Below are positions 47,129-58,291 of a DNA stretch of 64,000 nucleotides, one piece after another. The stretch is from Savitreella phatthalungensis (lineage: Eukaryota). Numbering within the stretch: position 1 is the first letter of the stretch; every line of letters starts with the position of its first letter. Under the pieces are notes generated by a model. That model was not told the DNA's origin and ran no database searches. It saw only the letters and a program-made list of their open reading frames with translations. Location: the NCBI GenBank assembly GCA_051599415.1, contig AP039689.1:434001-498000 (forward strand), read 5' to 3'. Position numbers and translations under genes: made by a program.

Positions 47129-48861
47129 GATCAAAATGTATCAGGAAATCGATGACAATGCTGAAGATCGCACGACCAAAGTATGTCGGGATGATGATCT
47201 GGTGTGATAATACTGTAATACGTAGCCGTTTGCTCGACTGACAAATCATGGTCTGGCTTTACACGTGCATGTAGCGTATAGACGTCCGAGCATGCATATG
47301 ACAGGATTTGAATATTTTCCTGAATTCGAATGGGTTTTGTTCGTCAGCTACAATTGCGACTGATGGATAGCGTACCTCATCAACGCATTCTGAGATCTTC
47401 TTGTCTCAACACGTTGATCTGCTGCATTGCTCCGATGACGATAGTTCCGAGCACTGCACTGGAACATGTGACACTCTCCAGGAGGATGACCGTATTCGGC
47501 CCGCTGTGCTAGACAGTCATCAATACTGTCACGAACGAAGTCAAATGCATTCAAATGAGCCTGCAAAAGGGAAACCGTGTAGTTAAATTAGGAGAACCCA
47601 GTTCGTAGCACGATGTAGCACTATGCAGCATCCTATATCTCTGAGCCACATGCACGTTCGTGAGTGGTTCTTCTGAAGCTCACATGTCATGGGTCAAAGC
47701 TTCGAAACTACACGTCAAATCAGCATATATATGTGGCAATGAACGCAACGAACATTCGATTCCTGTGCTGGGAAAGATCAAAATGAATAGTTCGAGACCT
47801 GGAGCAGATATGAATCCAAGTCAGATAGCAGCTGGAGCTACACATTTCGAAACTACGTCATCTTTTTCCAACACAAGTCTTGTGGTCTGTTGACTAAATG
47901 CACCATTTCAAGAACCAGAGGGTCAAACTATCATGCCGGAGTACTACTGAAGAGTTCGATAGTTGTCACTGGATCTAGTTTGATCTGGAAACTGTGCTGG
48001 GTATAAGTCTCGATAAGCAGTGTCAGAGCATCCAAAGCAAAGAAACTGATCTACTTAGCTAGTTACCTGCAAATTGAGACAGCTCAGCAAAGCGTTTCCA
48101 GACTGTCAAAGGAAGGAATGATGTCCATGTGCTAGCTCAAGCTGACCTAATTCACAGACAATAGAAGGATGAATTTGCATGAGAAATACAGAGATTTGGT
48201 GCTCCTATGGCAGCTTGCTCATCAGCCAGTTGATAGACGAAATATCACACCGAGCTTTAAAATTAGCCAGTTTCAGAGAAGGTAGTAGACGCAATCTGGG
48301 CGCTGTCCAATTTGGGGGGAACCAAAATGGTAAAAGGCCAAAGGCAGTGGCAGAACGTCATCGCTAATCCACCTTGTTCGTGCTTGCTTTTCCTTCTCCA
48401 TCCCGTAGAGAAGAAGCATACGTCAATAGATCCAGGCGGATTAGCCGATGGTATCATATCCACCACAGTCCAACGCACAACCCGTGTAACGCAGAGTCGA
48501 CAGTGACGATCAGCCGATAATCGCGATTACGAACCCGCAGTCCTTTCCCTGACAACCATAGACGTCTACACAAGCCAGTACGCCAGCGCCGCTAATTGAC
48601 GACACAATCGCTTTCTTGGTCATTCGAAGGTCAAGTGAACCAAACGGGATCTCGCTCAGTTTCAATTCAAGCTCCAACTGTCACTTTGCTCGAACAGTGG
48701 TAGCGAAACCCCAGAAGTTTTGCATTGCAATAATCCAGCCTGCACTGTCACGAGAGCTCTCGTTGAAGTTCTCAGAATCAATAGAGCGAAAGACAACACT
48801 TCAGGATAGACCTTGCGACAGACAACAACGCCGCTCGACCCAACGACACTTTCGATACAAC

Positions 48862-51720
48862 ATGCCTCCGAAGCTGGAGGATCCAAGAGATATAGACACG
48901 ATGAAGTGGCTCGCGGGCACAATCGATGCTACGCCAGCAGGCTCATCAACACGGGTCGGCCTGCCCGCCCCGGCCTTGACCCAGGACTCCGAGGTTAGCG
49001 CAAATGCAGCGGCTCTAGCGACTGAGAAGGTACGTTCTTCTGCTCTAGCCCCGCCTATCGATGGAAGGATCAATTCATCGCCGAGCACTGCGCGCAACGC
49101 CGCTATAATGAGCGCCACTGCGGGAACAAAAACAGGCTCTTCTAGTCCGTCGCGCAATTCCGTTCCTCCCATCAGCCAGCACGGTGAAAGCGCAGCGTTT
49201 AGAGCTTCCCAGCTTGCCGCTGCAGCTTCGACCGACTCCCTGTACTCGGCACGCGCTGACTCCTCGCCACAGAAATCGTTCCGCCTGTCTAGTGCAGGCG
49301 CTGCTGCCAGTCTGGCTCATGCCGGTGCTGCCGCTGGCGGCGTCAGCAGCAGTTCGAGCTTCGCTCAGCGCGATGCGAGTAATCATTCGCTCGCTTCTCG
49401 GGCTGGCGCAGCCAACAAGGCTGCTTTGCGGGCGACCAACGAACCTGTTGTTACCGACGTCCCCCAGCGAAGTCTACCATCTGCAGCAGGTACCGCTGCT
49501 TTGCTCGCTCATCACGACGCCAGATCTTTCGCTATGCCAGAACACCGCTTATCCGAAAACGCCGGCAAAGCAGCATTGCTTGCGGCAGAGCATCCGGTTA
49601 GCGTTGAGCTCCCATCTCACCAGTTGTCCGCATCTGCAAGTCATGCCGCGCTGCTCTCAGCCGAGCACCCTGTGAACGTCGAAACACCGGTTCACAAGCT
49701 GTCCGCGAGCGCGAGTACTGCTGCATTGTACTCCGTGCATAATCCGGTGAGCGTAGACCTGCCGGAACACGAGTTATCGAACAACGCCAGCAAAGCAGCA
49801 CTACTCGCGCATCACGATCCCAAAGCACAGGCTCAGCCTCAGGCCAATCCTGCTTCTGCCGCGAGTGCTGCAAATGCTCTCAAAGCAGCAACACAGGCGC
49901 ACCATGATCCCGCAGTTCAGCCAAAGCCACGTGAAGACTTACAGTCAAAGGGTGCAGCGAACGCCCTTAAGGCAGCGACTCAGGCTCACCGCGATGCTGC
50001 TCCCCCATTCAGATATCAACACCCGGCGGATGATCCGGAGATTGGTGCGCTCGCCCGTCGTAATACACAAGCATACATGAAAGAGATGGACTTTCCCGAG
50101 CCATCTGCAGACACACTCGCCTATGCCAACATCAGCTTTCAGCAAGCCCGCGATCGCGAATTATTTGCGGCAGAGGCGCCGTCACAGACCGCTCTTCAGA
50201 GCGCAAGCGTCAGCCACAGCACTGCGACTGATCTTCGCGGTCGACCTGGCCGAGACCGCAGCAACACGGCCGGCACAAGTGCGAGTGATCTGCTCGCGAT
50301 TGCGCGTCGCAATGTCGACACCCAACTGGCCGAGAGGGGCCTCACTCGCACCGAATCTCACGAGGGAGTGCAGAAGACAGACCAGGCTCAACGGGCTTCT
50401 GGTCTGGCCTTCCAAAGTGGCCAAGACCGGCAAGCCGATAACGATCGCGAATTGGCCGGATATCAAGACGAGCGAGAGATCTCGGCACGCATATCTCGAG
50501 AGATGGCAGCTTTTGATCGCCAACGCCGCATGAATCAAAGCAATTCACAAGTGCCATCGGCCTTGATGGCAGCTGCACAACGTAATGCACGCTTGAGTAT
50601 GCAGCAGCTCGACATCGGAGCCGGATATCGTGCCCCAACTCTCCAAGAGACTTCGCGCGTCGAAGATCTGCTCAACGAAGAGCGTGCAAAGGCTCGCAAG
50701 GACCGCGGCGACGATCGTCAGATTGATATCGGCGGTGGTCATTTCATGTCGCAAATCGAGATCGAACAGGTTGCTGCACGCCGAATCCAGCCTGTTTTTG
50801 ATGAGATGGACGAGCAGGTTGCATTGATTAATAAACGGAAGGAAGAGACACGTCAGCGCGAAGAGGCCGAGAAGCAGCGCCGAGCTGAGCAGAAGGCAGC
50901 TGAGCGAGAGAAAAAGGAGCAAGAGCGTAAAGCTAAAGATGAAGCAAAGGCAGCGGAGCGTGCGCAAAAGGACCAGTCCAAGCGGGAAGCTGCCGAGGCT
51001 AAGGCCGCAGAGAAGCAGCGCAAACAAGAAGAAGACTCGAGAAGGAGAGCTGAGGCAGCCGAAGCCTCACGTCTCCGCAAAGAACAGGCTGAAGAGTCTT
51101 CTCGTCAGCGTCGTAAAGAACAAGAGGAGGCATCACAGCAGAAACGCGCGTCGAAAGCTGCAGTGCCACGTAGCGCTTCCACTGAAGCTGTTGCCACAGC
51201 AGGCACAGCCGTTCCTCTCAATAATGATGTCGAGCCCGTTCCGACCGCCAACGCCGCCGTCGTGGGCACTGCTCTCCCAGGGGATAACGCTCCGCTTCCG
51301 GGTCAAAAGAATGATGTGAAGGGCAAATCAGCAGTCGAGCCAGCAAATCTCGAAGCTGCAGCCGGTGTGGATGCAGGTGAAGGCACCTCGAAGGCTGCGA
51401 AGACAGAAGGCGATCCGATTGCAACATATCAGGTCGACAATCCTGTTGGCATGCAGACCGACACTGAAAATGAGACCGAGGATGAGTGGGTCGACGCTAT
51501 TGAGGAGACTCCCGCCGTAGAGCGAGACGATCCCGTCGCAGCAAATGCGGTTCACCTACGCGCCAAGGATGATGCTGACAACGTCTCAGTTGCTACAGCT
51601 CGGCCACAGACAAAGGATGGCGATTCTATCACAGCGCTGCCAATTGATGGCACCACTATACACAGGACAACCTCCGCCACAGGCGGCAGTACCAGCAAAT
51701 TCGTGGAAATTCTGCAGTGA
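48862..51720 (+). CDS. Eisosome protein 1-like (Eis1/Seg1 family) coiled-coil protein
   Basis: LLAIARRNVDTQL, MAAAQRNA and IDIGGGHFMSQIEIEQVAARRIQPVFDEM, followed by a charged coiled coil. First ATG at 48862. Confidence 0.75.
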   Translation: MPPKLEDPRDIDTMKWLAGTIDATPAGSSTRVGLPAPALTQDSEVSANAAALATEKVRSSALAPPIDGRINSSPSTARNAAIMSATAGTKTGSSSPSRNSVPPISQHGESAAFRASQLAAAASTDSLYSARADSSPQKSFRLSSAGAAASLAHAGAAAGGVSSSSSFAQRDASNHSLASRAGAANKAALRATNEPVVTDVPQRSLPSAAGTAALLAHHDARSFAMPEHRLSENAGKAALLAAEHPVSVELPSHQLSASASHAALLSAEHPVNVETPVHKLSASASTAALYSVHNPVSVDLPEHELSNNASKAALLAHHDPKAQAQPQANPASAASAANALKAATQAHHDPAVQPKPREDLQSKGAANALKAATQAHRDAAPPFRYQHPADDPEIGALARRNTQAYMKEMDFPEPSADTLAYANISFQQARDRELFAAEAPSQTALQSASVSHSTATDLRGRPGRDRSNTAGTSASDLLAIARRNVDTQLAERGLTRTESHEGVQKTDQAQRASGLAFQSGQDRQADNDRELAGYQDEREISARISREMAAFDRQRRMNQSNSQVPSALMAAAQRNARLSMQQLDIGAGYRAPTLQETSRVEDLLNEERAKARKDRGDDRQIDIGGGHFMSQIEIEQVAARRIQPVFDEMDEQVALINKRKEETRQREEAEKQRRAEQKAAEREKKEQERKAKDEAKAAERAQKDQSKREAAEAKAAEKQRKQEEDSRRRAEAAEASRLRKEQAEESSRQRRKEQEEASQQKRASKAAVPRSASTEAVATAGTAVPLNNDVEPVPTANAAVVGTALPGDNAPLPGQKNDVKGKSAVEPANLEAAAGVDAGEGTSKAAKTEGDPIATYQVDNPVGMQTDTENETEDEWVDAIEETPAVERDDPVAANAVHLRAKDDADNVSVATARPQTKDGDSITALPIDGTTIHRTTSATGGSTSKFVEILQ

Positions 51721-51857
51721 ACGTCAGACCCATCCAATGTCAAAGCCAAAAAAAGACAGTACACCTAGCTCTCAACAGTAGTCTAACATGTTTTCAGAAA
51801 TAGTTCCTAATCAGGTCTCACACCTCTCTCTCCTCTTAAGTATTATCGAAGCGCATG

Positions 51858-52676
51858 CTAGTCAAGGCTCAGGAGAGGCTCCCCGTTATTGAAAGCTTGC
51901 AAGAAATCGATGTCGGCAGTGCTACTACCGCCATGATGTTCTTTGAAGCAAGACTGGAGGAGGAGAATATTGTCGAGATAACGATTGGCTGCGTCCGCTT
52001 CACGTTGCTTCCAGAAAACTGTGTCTCTGTCAGTCGGTAGCCAATGATGAGTGTGCGCGATAACCATGCAGGGTAGTCAACGCGTTGACGCAATATCTCA
52101 CGCTTGTTTTCCATTTGCTCGGGGTCTTTCAACATCATGTCGGCCAGCTCGAGTTCCAATAGCGCATGCCTTGTGCTCAGCGCTGAGACTTTCTCAAGTT
52201 GTGCAGCGCGATCGGACTATACCGGGTCAGAATGCGCGCCACTAAATGTCTGGCACACTGACATTGACTCCTCGAAGAATCCTTTCACCCTCGATCTCAT
52301 GTCGAATGAGCATAGCCTGCTCATCTAGCACTTTCGTCTCACATTCGAGCTTCGTAACTCGCCTTTGTCTGTCCAGAGCGGCAGAACTGCGGAGTGCCCA
52401 GAAATAATTGGTCGTGCCGATTTTCTCTTTCTGCACCAGACCGTCCTTCAGTAATTCCAAAGTCAGTCATCTGCTTGATGCAATCGAAGTTGAAATGTCA
52501 CGTCATACACTCACTAACTCTGCAAGCACGTCTTTAACAGCAGATTCTGGCATCTTTTTGTCCTTGCTTGCGTGCTTCTCAACCTCTCTCTCTGTGAAAA
52601 ATGTGCTCCTTTCTTGAAACCAAGACTCCAAGCGGACACGTTTGTCCGCTGCAGAAACACCTTTGCTACGCGACAT
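51858..52676 (-). CDS. MND1: Meiotic nuclear division protein Mnd1 (Mcp7); four exons, introns 52446-52508, 52217-52262, 52019-52101
   Basis: Spliced product MSRSKGVSAADKR...VKDVLAELVSDGLVQKEKIGTTNYFWA...DPEQMENKLFWKQREADAANRYLDNI. All introns are GT..CTGAC..AG. Confidence 0.9.
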
Positions 52677-53128
52677 CCGGGTCGTGCTATACCGTTTGGT
52701 AGCAATTTGAGCCTATCAAGAAGAGGTTGTCGACCAGGTTGCCAAGGAAGCCCTCCGTTCTAAACTTGAGGCGCCAGCCTGAATGGCCAGTCGGACCTTC
52801 ACTAATGGCTAAAGGTTGAGTGTTCTTTCCGTGACTTGAGACGTTGCAATGACGAACGACACGAGCTATACGCATCAAAGGACTCGGGTAGTCGATGAAT
52901 TGACACGCGTGGCAAATTGATCACCGCAATTGCACAGCGTGCATCGGATTCGGTTAACACGCTGCATGATGCTATTTCAATATGCATCTGCCGTCTACGC
53001 AGTGATTCTAATAGCAATGCTACATCTACTGGTTTTCCGGTCGTCTGATTGAGAATCCAGCTCGATGATGCCGGTCAAGAGTGAAGGCGGAAAGTAGAAC
53101 TGCAAACGCGTCAGCGTGGTCCTCTGGC

Positions 53129-55183
53129 ATGTCAGCTAGGATCAGCGAGCTGCTCGCTGCGGACCCGGTCGACCTGCATGCGCTGGCCGAGACTGTTCGT
53201 CTTGTTGGATGCCCGGATCAGCCGCGATCTGTCCGACCACGCGTCTGGCGTCTGCTGCTCGGCTATGAGCCGCCAGAGCAGTCAAGTAGTAGAAGACGCT
53301 TACGACAAGAGCGGGAGCTTTATTATACCTTCGTAAACGAGCTCCTAGTCGATCCTTTCCTCGAGGCTGCAAAAAGCCCGCCCAAAACGGAGGCTCGTAC
53401 GAGAGATCTACAGAGCGACAATGCTCAAATAGACGCTCTCCAGCACTCCAAGTCAATCGGCAAGGATGCGGGCGCGCGATCGGGTAAATCCTCGCGAAGA
53501 GCTAAGGCGGCGGCTAGCAAGAGGATGGCTGCGACGAACATCGACAGTGACCCCCTGGATGCGCGCTTTGACGCGTATCATGCTGACAACCTCATCCTTG
53601 AACAGATTGACAAGGACGTACGAAGGACGTTGCCGGAGATAGCTTTTTTCCAGCAAGAAGTGCCAGTGTCGCACATGTCTCCATTGTCGCCACATATCAA
53701 AGCGCGCATGAGCCTCGATACGGAGCGCCCGTTGACTGATTTTCGACTGGAACCGGAACTTGCGCCGCTTGAGGAAGAGAACATACCAGATGAGCATCGC
53801 CAACCTTCTCAGACTGGCATTCCCCATAAGATCAAGACGCGACGAACAATCTTCGCACGGATCCGACATCTCAATCGTGATTTTGGGGCCCGGGAACATG
53901 GGTCTGCTACAAAGGCCGATGATAACAAGAGCCAGCGCATTATGCAGAATCGCACAAGCATGGACGAGGAGGAAGTATCTGACCTGCATTGGGAAGCAGT
54001 AGAACGCATTCTATTCATCTATGCCAAGCTCAATCCCGGGATCGGCTATGTTCAGGGGATGAACGAGCTCCTTTTTCCGATATACTACGTCCTTGCCAAC
54101 GATGACTCGAGTCATCAAGTACATGCGGAGGCGGACGTCTTTTTCACCTTTACGGCCCTAATGACAGAGTGCAGGGAGTTATTTGAACGCACTTGGGATC
54201 ATGAGAAGCGGAACAGTGATGCGAAGGGCATCGCTGCCGTGCTTGCAGCTTTCATGGCGCGCTTGGAGCAACACGACGGAGAGCTTCATGATCGCCTGAT
54301 CCATCAAGATATTGATCCGACTTATTTCGCCTTTCGCTGGTTTTGCTGCTTATTTGCCCAGGTTTTTGCATTGCCTGAGGTGATCAGACTATGGGACTCC
54401 ATTTTGGCCGGTAAGGTGACAGACACGTCTCTTCTCAAGGGCCATGCCCTCGAATTGGCGTGTGCAATGCTTGTCCAGGTCCGTGAGCGGATTCTGCGGC
54501 AAGACTTTGCGGAAAATGTGAAAATGCTTCAACAATATCCGGAGCGCGATGATGTTGCAGCGATCCTAAGTTGTGCTGAGGAGCTTCGAAAGCAGTCGAG
54601 ACAATCTGGCTCGAGCAGTCCTTGCGCAAACTTCGCGCAACGGCTCTTATCTACGCCTCATGCGTACGCATCTGCATTTCCTTCCTTAAAGAGCCTTTCA
54701 GGTTTGTTACCAAGATCCGCGCCAACAGGTACGATCGACAGTAAAGCTGCAGAGCAGCGTGACGACGAGCAGCTCCCGGTACACCATGTGCCCGCCACGT
54801 CGAATGTGACTGAGGATAAGTCGCGGCTTTCACTGGACTTGATACCGCCGGCATTATCACAGCTTGTTCTTCCCAGTGGACGATGGCTGGGCATTTCGCC
54901 AACGGCTCGAACCCCCGTGTACAGTCGAGACAGGCAGGACTCACATGATGAGCGGCAAGCAGCAGAGGAAGCGGAAGAGGACAGAGCTGAAGCAGAATTG
55001 GTCGAGAACGGTGGAGAGGAAGGCGGCAGTGGCAGACCAAAATTTGCACAACTCCGCAATAAATCATCTTTCTTCATGAGAAGAGCAGCTCAAATGCTCA
55101 ATCACGGGAACGCACGAGCGCTCGGTGACAGAAGCGTCTCGGACGCTAGTGCCACTGGCGATGACAAGCTTGCTCTGAAATAA
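53129..55183 (+). CDS. TBC-domain Rab GTPase-activating protein (TBC1D13-like)
   Basis: RPRVWRLLLGY, IDKDVRRT (Arg finger), GYVQGMNE (Gln finger), FAFRW and VIRLWD. Confidence 0.9.
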   Translation: MSARISELLAADPVDLHALAETVRLVGCPDQPRSVRPRVWRLLLGYEPPEQSSSRRRLRQERELYYTFVNELLVDPFLEAAKSPPKTEARTRDLQSDNAQIDALQHSKSIGKDAGARSGKSSRRAKAAASKRMAATNIDSDPLDARFDAYHADNLILEQIDKDVRRTLPEIAFFQQEVPVSHMSPLSPHIKARMSLDTERPLTDFRLEPELAPLEEENIPDEHRQPSQTGIPHKIKTRRTIFARIRHLNRDFGAREHGSATKADDNKSQRIMQNRTSMDEEEVSDLHWEAVERILFIYAKLNPGIGYVQGMNELLFPIYYVLANDDSSHQVHAEADVFFTFTALMTECRELFERTWDHEKRNSDAKGIAAVLAAFMARLEQHDGELHDRLIHQDIDPTYFAFRWFCCLFAQVFALPEVIRLWDSILAGKVTDTSLLKGHALELACAMLVQVRERILRQDFAENVKMLQQYPERDDVAAILSCAEELRKQSRQSGSSSPCANFAQRLLSTPHAYASAFPSLKSLSGLLPRSAPTGTIDSKAAEQRDDEQLPVHHVPATSNVTEDKSRLSLDLIPPALSQLVLPSGRWLGISPTARTPVYSRDRQDSHDERQAAEEAEEDRAEAELVENGGEEGGSGRPKFAQLRNKSSFFMRRAAQMLNHGNARALGDRSVSDASATGDDKLALK

Positions 55184-55272
55184 CTGCAATCATACATATT
55201 ATCCCTTTCGTACTCGCTTGAGTCGACTAATACAATGTGGCGTACGTAGCTTGGGCTTCACGCTGTCGTGCT

Positions 55273-55744
55273 CATTGGAACTTGATCATTAGAACTTGAT
55301 CATTAGAACTTGATCACTATATGTTGAACCTCGGCGTAGATAACACGTGCTCGGATGCACGTGTTTATCCTGAACGGGTTACACGCTGGGACGACAAAGA
55401 AGGTATTGTTCTTTCAACAAGGACAGTAGGACAAAGAACTAGGTTCTTTGTCCTAACGACAATGTGCTAGGACACAGCAGAAACACACTCTATAAGAACC
55501 CTGTAGAGTACGTAGAAATCTACCACTTCCACACACGATTATAGTGCGCGCCTAGTTGACCTAGTCGCACGTCAATCTACTTGTTACCTTCAGCCACATG
55601 TCAAGCCACACACGTGTCAACTCCGAACACTATAGAACTTGATGATTAGAACCCGATGATTAGAACTCGGTGATTAGAACTCGATGATTAGAACTCGATG
55701 ATTAGAACTCGATGATTAGAACTCGATGATTAGAACTTGATCAT
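55273..55744. repeat. 14-bp tandem array (TAGAACTYGATSAT), 3 copies left and 8 copies right of the LTR
   Basis: Units at 55273-55314 and 55633-55744 read directly. Confidence 0.92.
55322..55629. mobile_element. Solo LTR of an LTR retrotransposon (308 bp)
   Basis: Termini TGTT...AACA, flanked by identical CTATA (55317-55321 and 55630-55634), with an internal TATAAGAA at 55491. It interrupts an otherwise continuous tandem array. Confidence 0.75.
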
Positions 55745-56582
55745 TTAAGTTGTGCATATCCATGGCTGGATGTCATGTCATTCACATATTTTAAATTCAC
55801 TTCGATCAGCGATACTTCTCGATCCATATGATATATATTGAGTCTCGCATGGACATGCACGCGTATTTATTGCGCCGACGAGCACGAAGCAAAACAAGTG
55901 CACTCTCGATCGCATGTGTTATTAGTGAGCAGAAAAACACATGGTAAGATGTTTGCATTGGAACATTCGAACCATCTTTGAACCTTGGAAATTTGCAAAT
56001 TGCTGCGCCACCAAAAGAATTACAGTACACCCCTTTGCCTCAAGGTGACGTGTGATCCAATCGACGTGAATCTGTCCAGAGTATGTGCCATCGGCCACAG
56101 CAGCCTTTCAATTCAATAAACAAATCTAGTGTGACCCACGGCACAGCAGAAAATTCGACCTAAAGCTCTAGCGATAGATTTGATTAGCTATAAATTTAGT
56201 CGGGGAAATTCAATCGGTGGAGTCTACTCCCATTGCCAGTGCGCGTACTTGCACACGTGCGCCCCCTCTCTATGGATCCGGGATCGCGATCCCCCCCCCC
56301 CCATTTTCTCACCGAGCCACACCCAGACACCACCACAACCATTCTCACCAGTGCACCTTGCACCACCACAACGACCGGGCCACCTACACAGCCAAGGCGA
56401 AGTGCACCAGCCCGATAGGCAAAAACTGTGAGGCCACACGAAAAGAATTCTTATTCTTCAAAGCTAGCTAGATTCAGCCAGTCTCGAGCACCGTTCGTGT
56501 TTGACGCCTCGAAAGTAAACATCACAAAGCACGACCATACAGCATCGATTCACAAGATCTGTCAAAGTGTGACAACGATTAA

Positions 56583-58085
56583 ATGAGTCTATCAAATGAC
56601 TCGTTTGAGCGAACCGGTTCGCGTGATCCTTCTTCAACAGGAATTGCTCCTGATGGTCGCACCGTGGTCGAGGAAATTGGCGACAGTAATGCAGTTTCCA
56701 TTTCGACAGAGGAGATGGGCTCAGGTCATCAACCTTTCACGCCTGCCACACCAAGAGATGCTGAGATCCTCGAATCGCTCGATGAAGCCGATCATGCGAC
56801 CCAATCGGCAGGCCATTTGGATGGTGCGAACCTCTATGAGACAATTAAGCCTGATGGTCGACGCCGATATGACGAGCAAGGTCAACTGGTGGATGGAGCA
56901 GAGCCTCTTGTCGATGGCGAGGAACAGGGCAACGCACCACATCAGGCCAATGTAGGGATACCGGACTCTCCGGTCAGCGCCAATGGCACAACGAGTCACA
57001 AACGCAAAAGGTCTCTTGAGAACGACATTGGAGAGCTCACTCCCCTGCACGATGGACAAACGACGCCGCGCAATGGACAACTAGAGTACTTTGTCGGCGG
57101 CGACAAATTTATGCGCGGTACGCCCGGCAGCGAGGCTCGCAAAGCGCACGTTTGCGAGCACTGTGGCGCTAACTTCACCCGTCAGCACAATCTCAAGTCT
57201 CACCTTCTGACCCATACGTCAAATAAGAAGGAGTTTGTGTGTAAAGAGTGCAATGTCGAATTCCGCCGCCTTCATGATCTGAAGCGCCACGAGAAGCTCC
57301 ACACCGGCGAGAAGCCATACGTATGCGAGATTTGCGGAAGACGATTCGCCCGGGCAGATGCCCTTGCTCGCCACTCCAAGTCATCTCCAGAAGGCGGCTG
57401 TGTCAACTCTAAAAAGCAGGGCCGAAGGAGTTTCGGTCATTTCGATGGAGAAGCCGGAAACGACAGCAGTGTGCTCGAGGGCCCTTCGACCGCTGAAAGC
57501 CACGCTGCTGCAGATGGGTTCCCAGTCGGCGGCGACGAACACGCCGGCGAGAATGGTCCTTCAGGCGACACCGCCGTTGACCCTTTCTTGGAAAGTGCAC
57601 TAAACACGTCTTCACATCTCAAGGATGTCAAGGGAGGTTCCAAGGGGTTGCGTGGTGGGAAAAGCGTGCGAATGACCATGGATCTAGATGACGACATTCA
57701 CGCGCATTACAATGCTCTGAAGGAGCAGTACGAGCAGCTACAATTATCTCACGAGCGTTTGGCACAACGTCTGCGCGAGCTCGAAGGCGGGAACGACGAC
57801 GAGGCCGGCGCAATTGAAGTAGTTGATGATCAAGCACAGCTTATCGCCACCACGAATGGGACTTCAGAGGTCGGAGTCGCCGGACATATTCCGGACGATG
57901 AGCAAGAGGACACCCGCGAGCATCAGGAGCATCATCAGCATCAGGTTGACGAGTCAGAAGGTCAGTTTCCTCACCAGTCGGACGATCTAAATCAGGAACA
58001 CCAACAAGTCGACGACCCGGAAGAGCGGCTATTAGACCACAACGATGATGTACCGGTCGATCCGCAGATGGTTGAGGTTGATTGA
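56583..58085 (+). CDS. C2H2 zinc-finger transcription factor (three fingers, Crz1-related)
   Basis: CEHC..FTRQHNLKSHLLTH, CKEC..FRRLHDLKRHEKLH-TGEKP and CEIC..FARADALARH, followed by a short coiled coil and an acidic tail. Confidence 0.9.
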   Translation: MSLSNDSFERTGSRDPSSTGIAPDGRTVVEEIGDSNAVSISTEEMGSGHQPFTPATPRDAEILESLDEADHATQSAGHLDGANLYETIKPDGRRRYDEQGQLVDGAEPLVDGEEQGNAPHQANVGIPDSPVSANGTTSHKRKRSLENDIGELTPLHDGQTTPRNGQLEYFVGGDKFMRGTPGSEARKAHVCEHCGANFTRQHNLKSHLLTHTSNKKEFVCKECNVEFRRLHDLKRHEKLHTGEKPYVCEICGRRFARADALARHSKSSPEGGCVNSKKQGRRSFGHFDGEAGNDSSVLEGPSTAESHAAADGFPVGGDEHAGENGPSGDTAVDPFLESALNTSSHLKDVKGGSKGLRGGKSVRMTMDLDDDIHAHYNALKEQYEQLQLSHERLAQRLRELEGGNDDEAGAIEVVDDQAQLIATTNGTSEVGVAGHIPDDEQEDTREHQEHHQHQVDESEGQFPHQSDDLNQEHQQVDDPEERLLDHNDDVPVDPQMVEVD

Positions 58086-58291
58086 GGTACGCCGAGCACA
58101 TGATTCAGCCCTCCTACAGCAATGCCTTCATCGTGACAGCATCATCGAGCTGCCGTATGAACAGTGAGCGATATTGAAATTCATGTATCTTGTCGTGCAT
58201 AAGATGTCCGCACGTCCAGCTCGATTCGGAATACTCCCTTTGTCATCATCATCAATAACAGAGCGTCGCGCTCGCAAGCGCTGATAGTGCC

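Noticed and set aside
47200..48600. Large intergenic gaps (also 9200-10700, 18100-20500, 60300-62800) as possible transposon relics or hidden genes
   Set aside because: No transposase or RT motifs, terminal repeats or spliceable conserved peptides were recognised by eye. Absence is not proven.
51858..52460. Fragmented MND1 ORFs as a pseudogene
   Set aside because: All breaks are resolved by canonical introns that restore conserved residue spacing.
55273..55744. Repeat array as a CRISPR or telomere-like array
   Set aside because: Units are contiguous with no spacers, the context is eukaryotic, and the unit is not G-rich. The interruption is explained by a TSD-flanked insertion.
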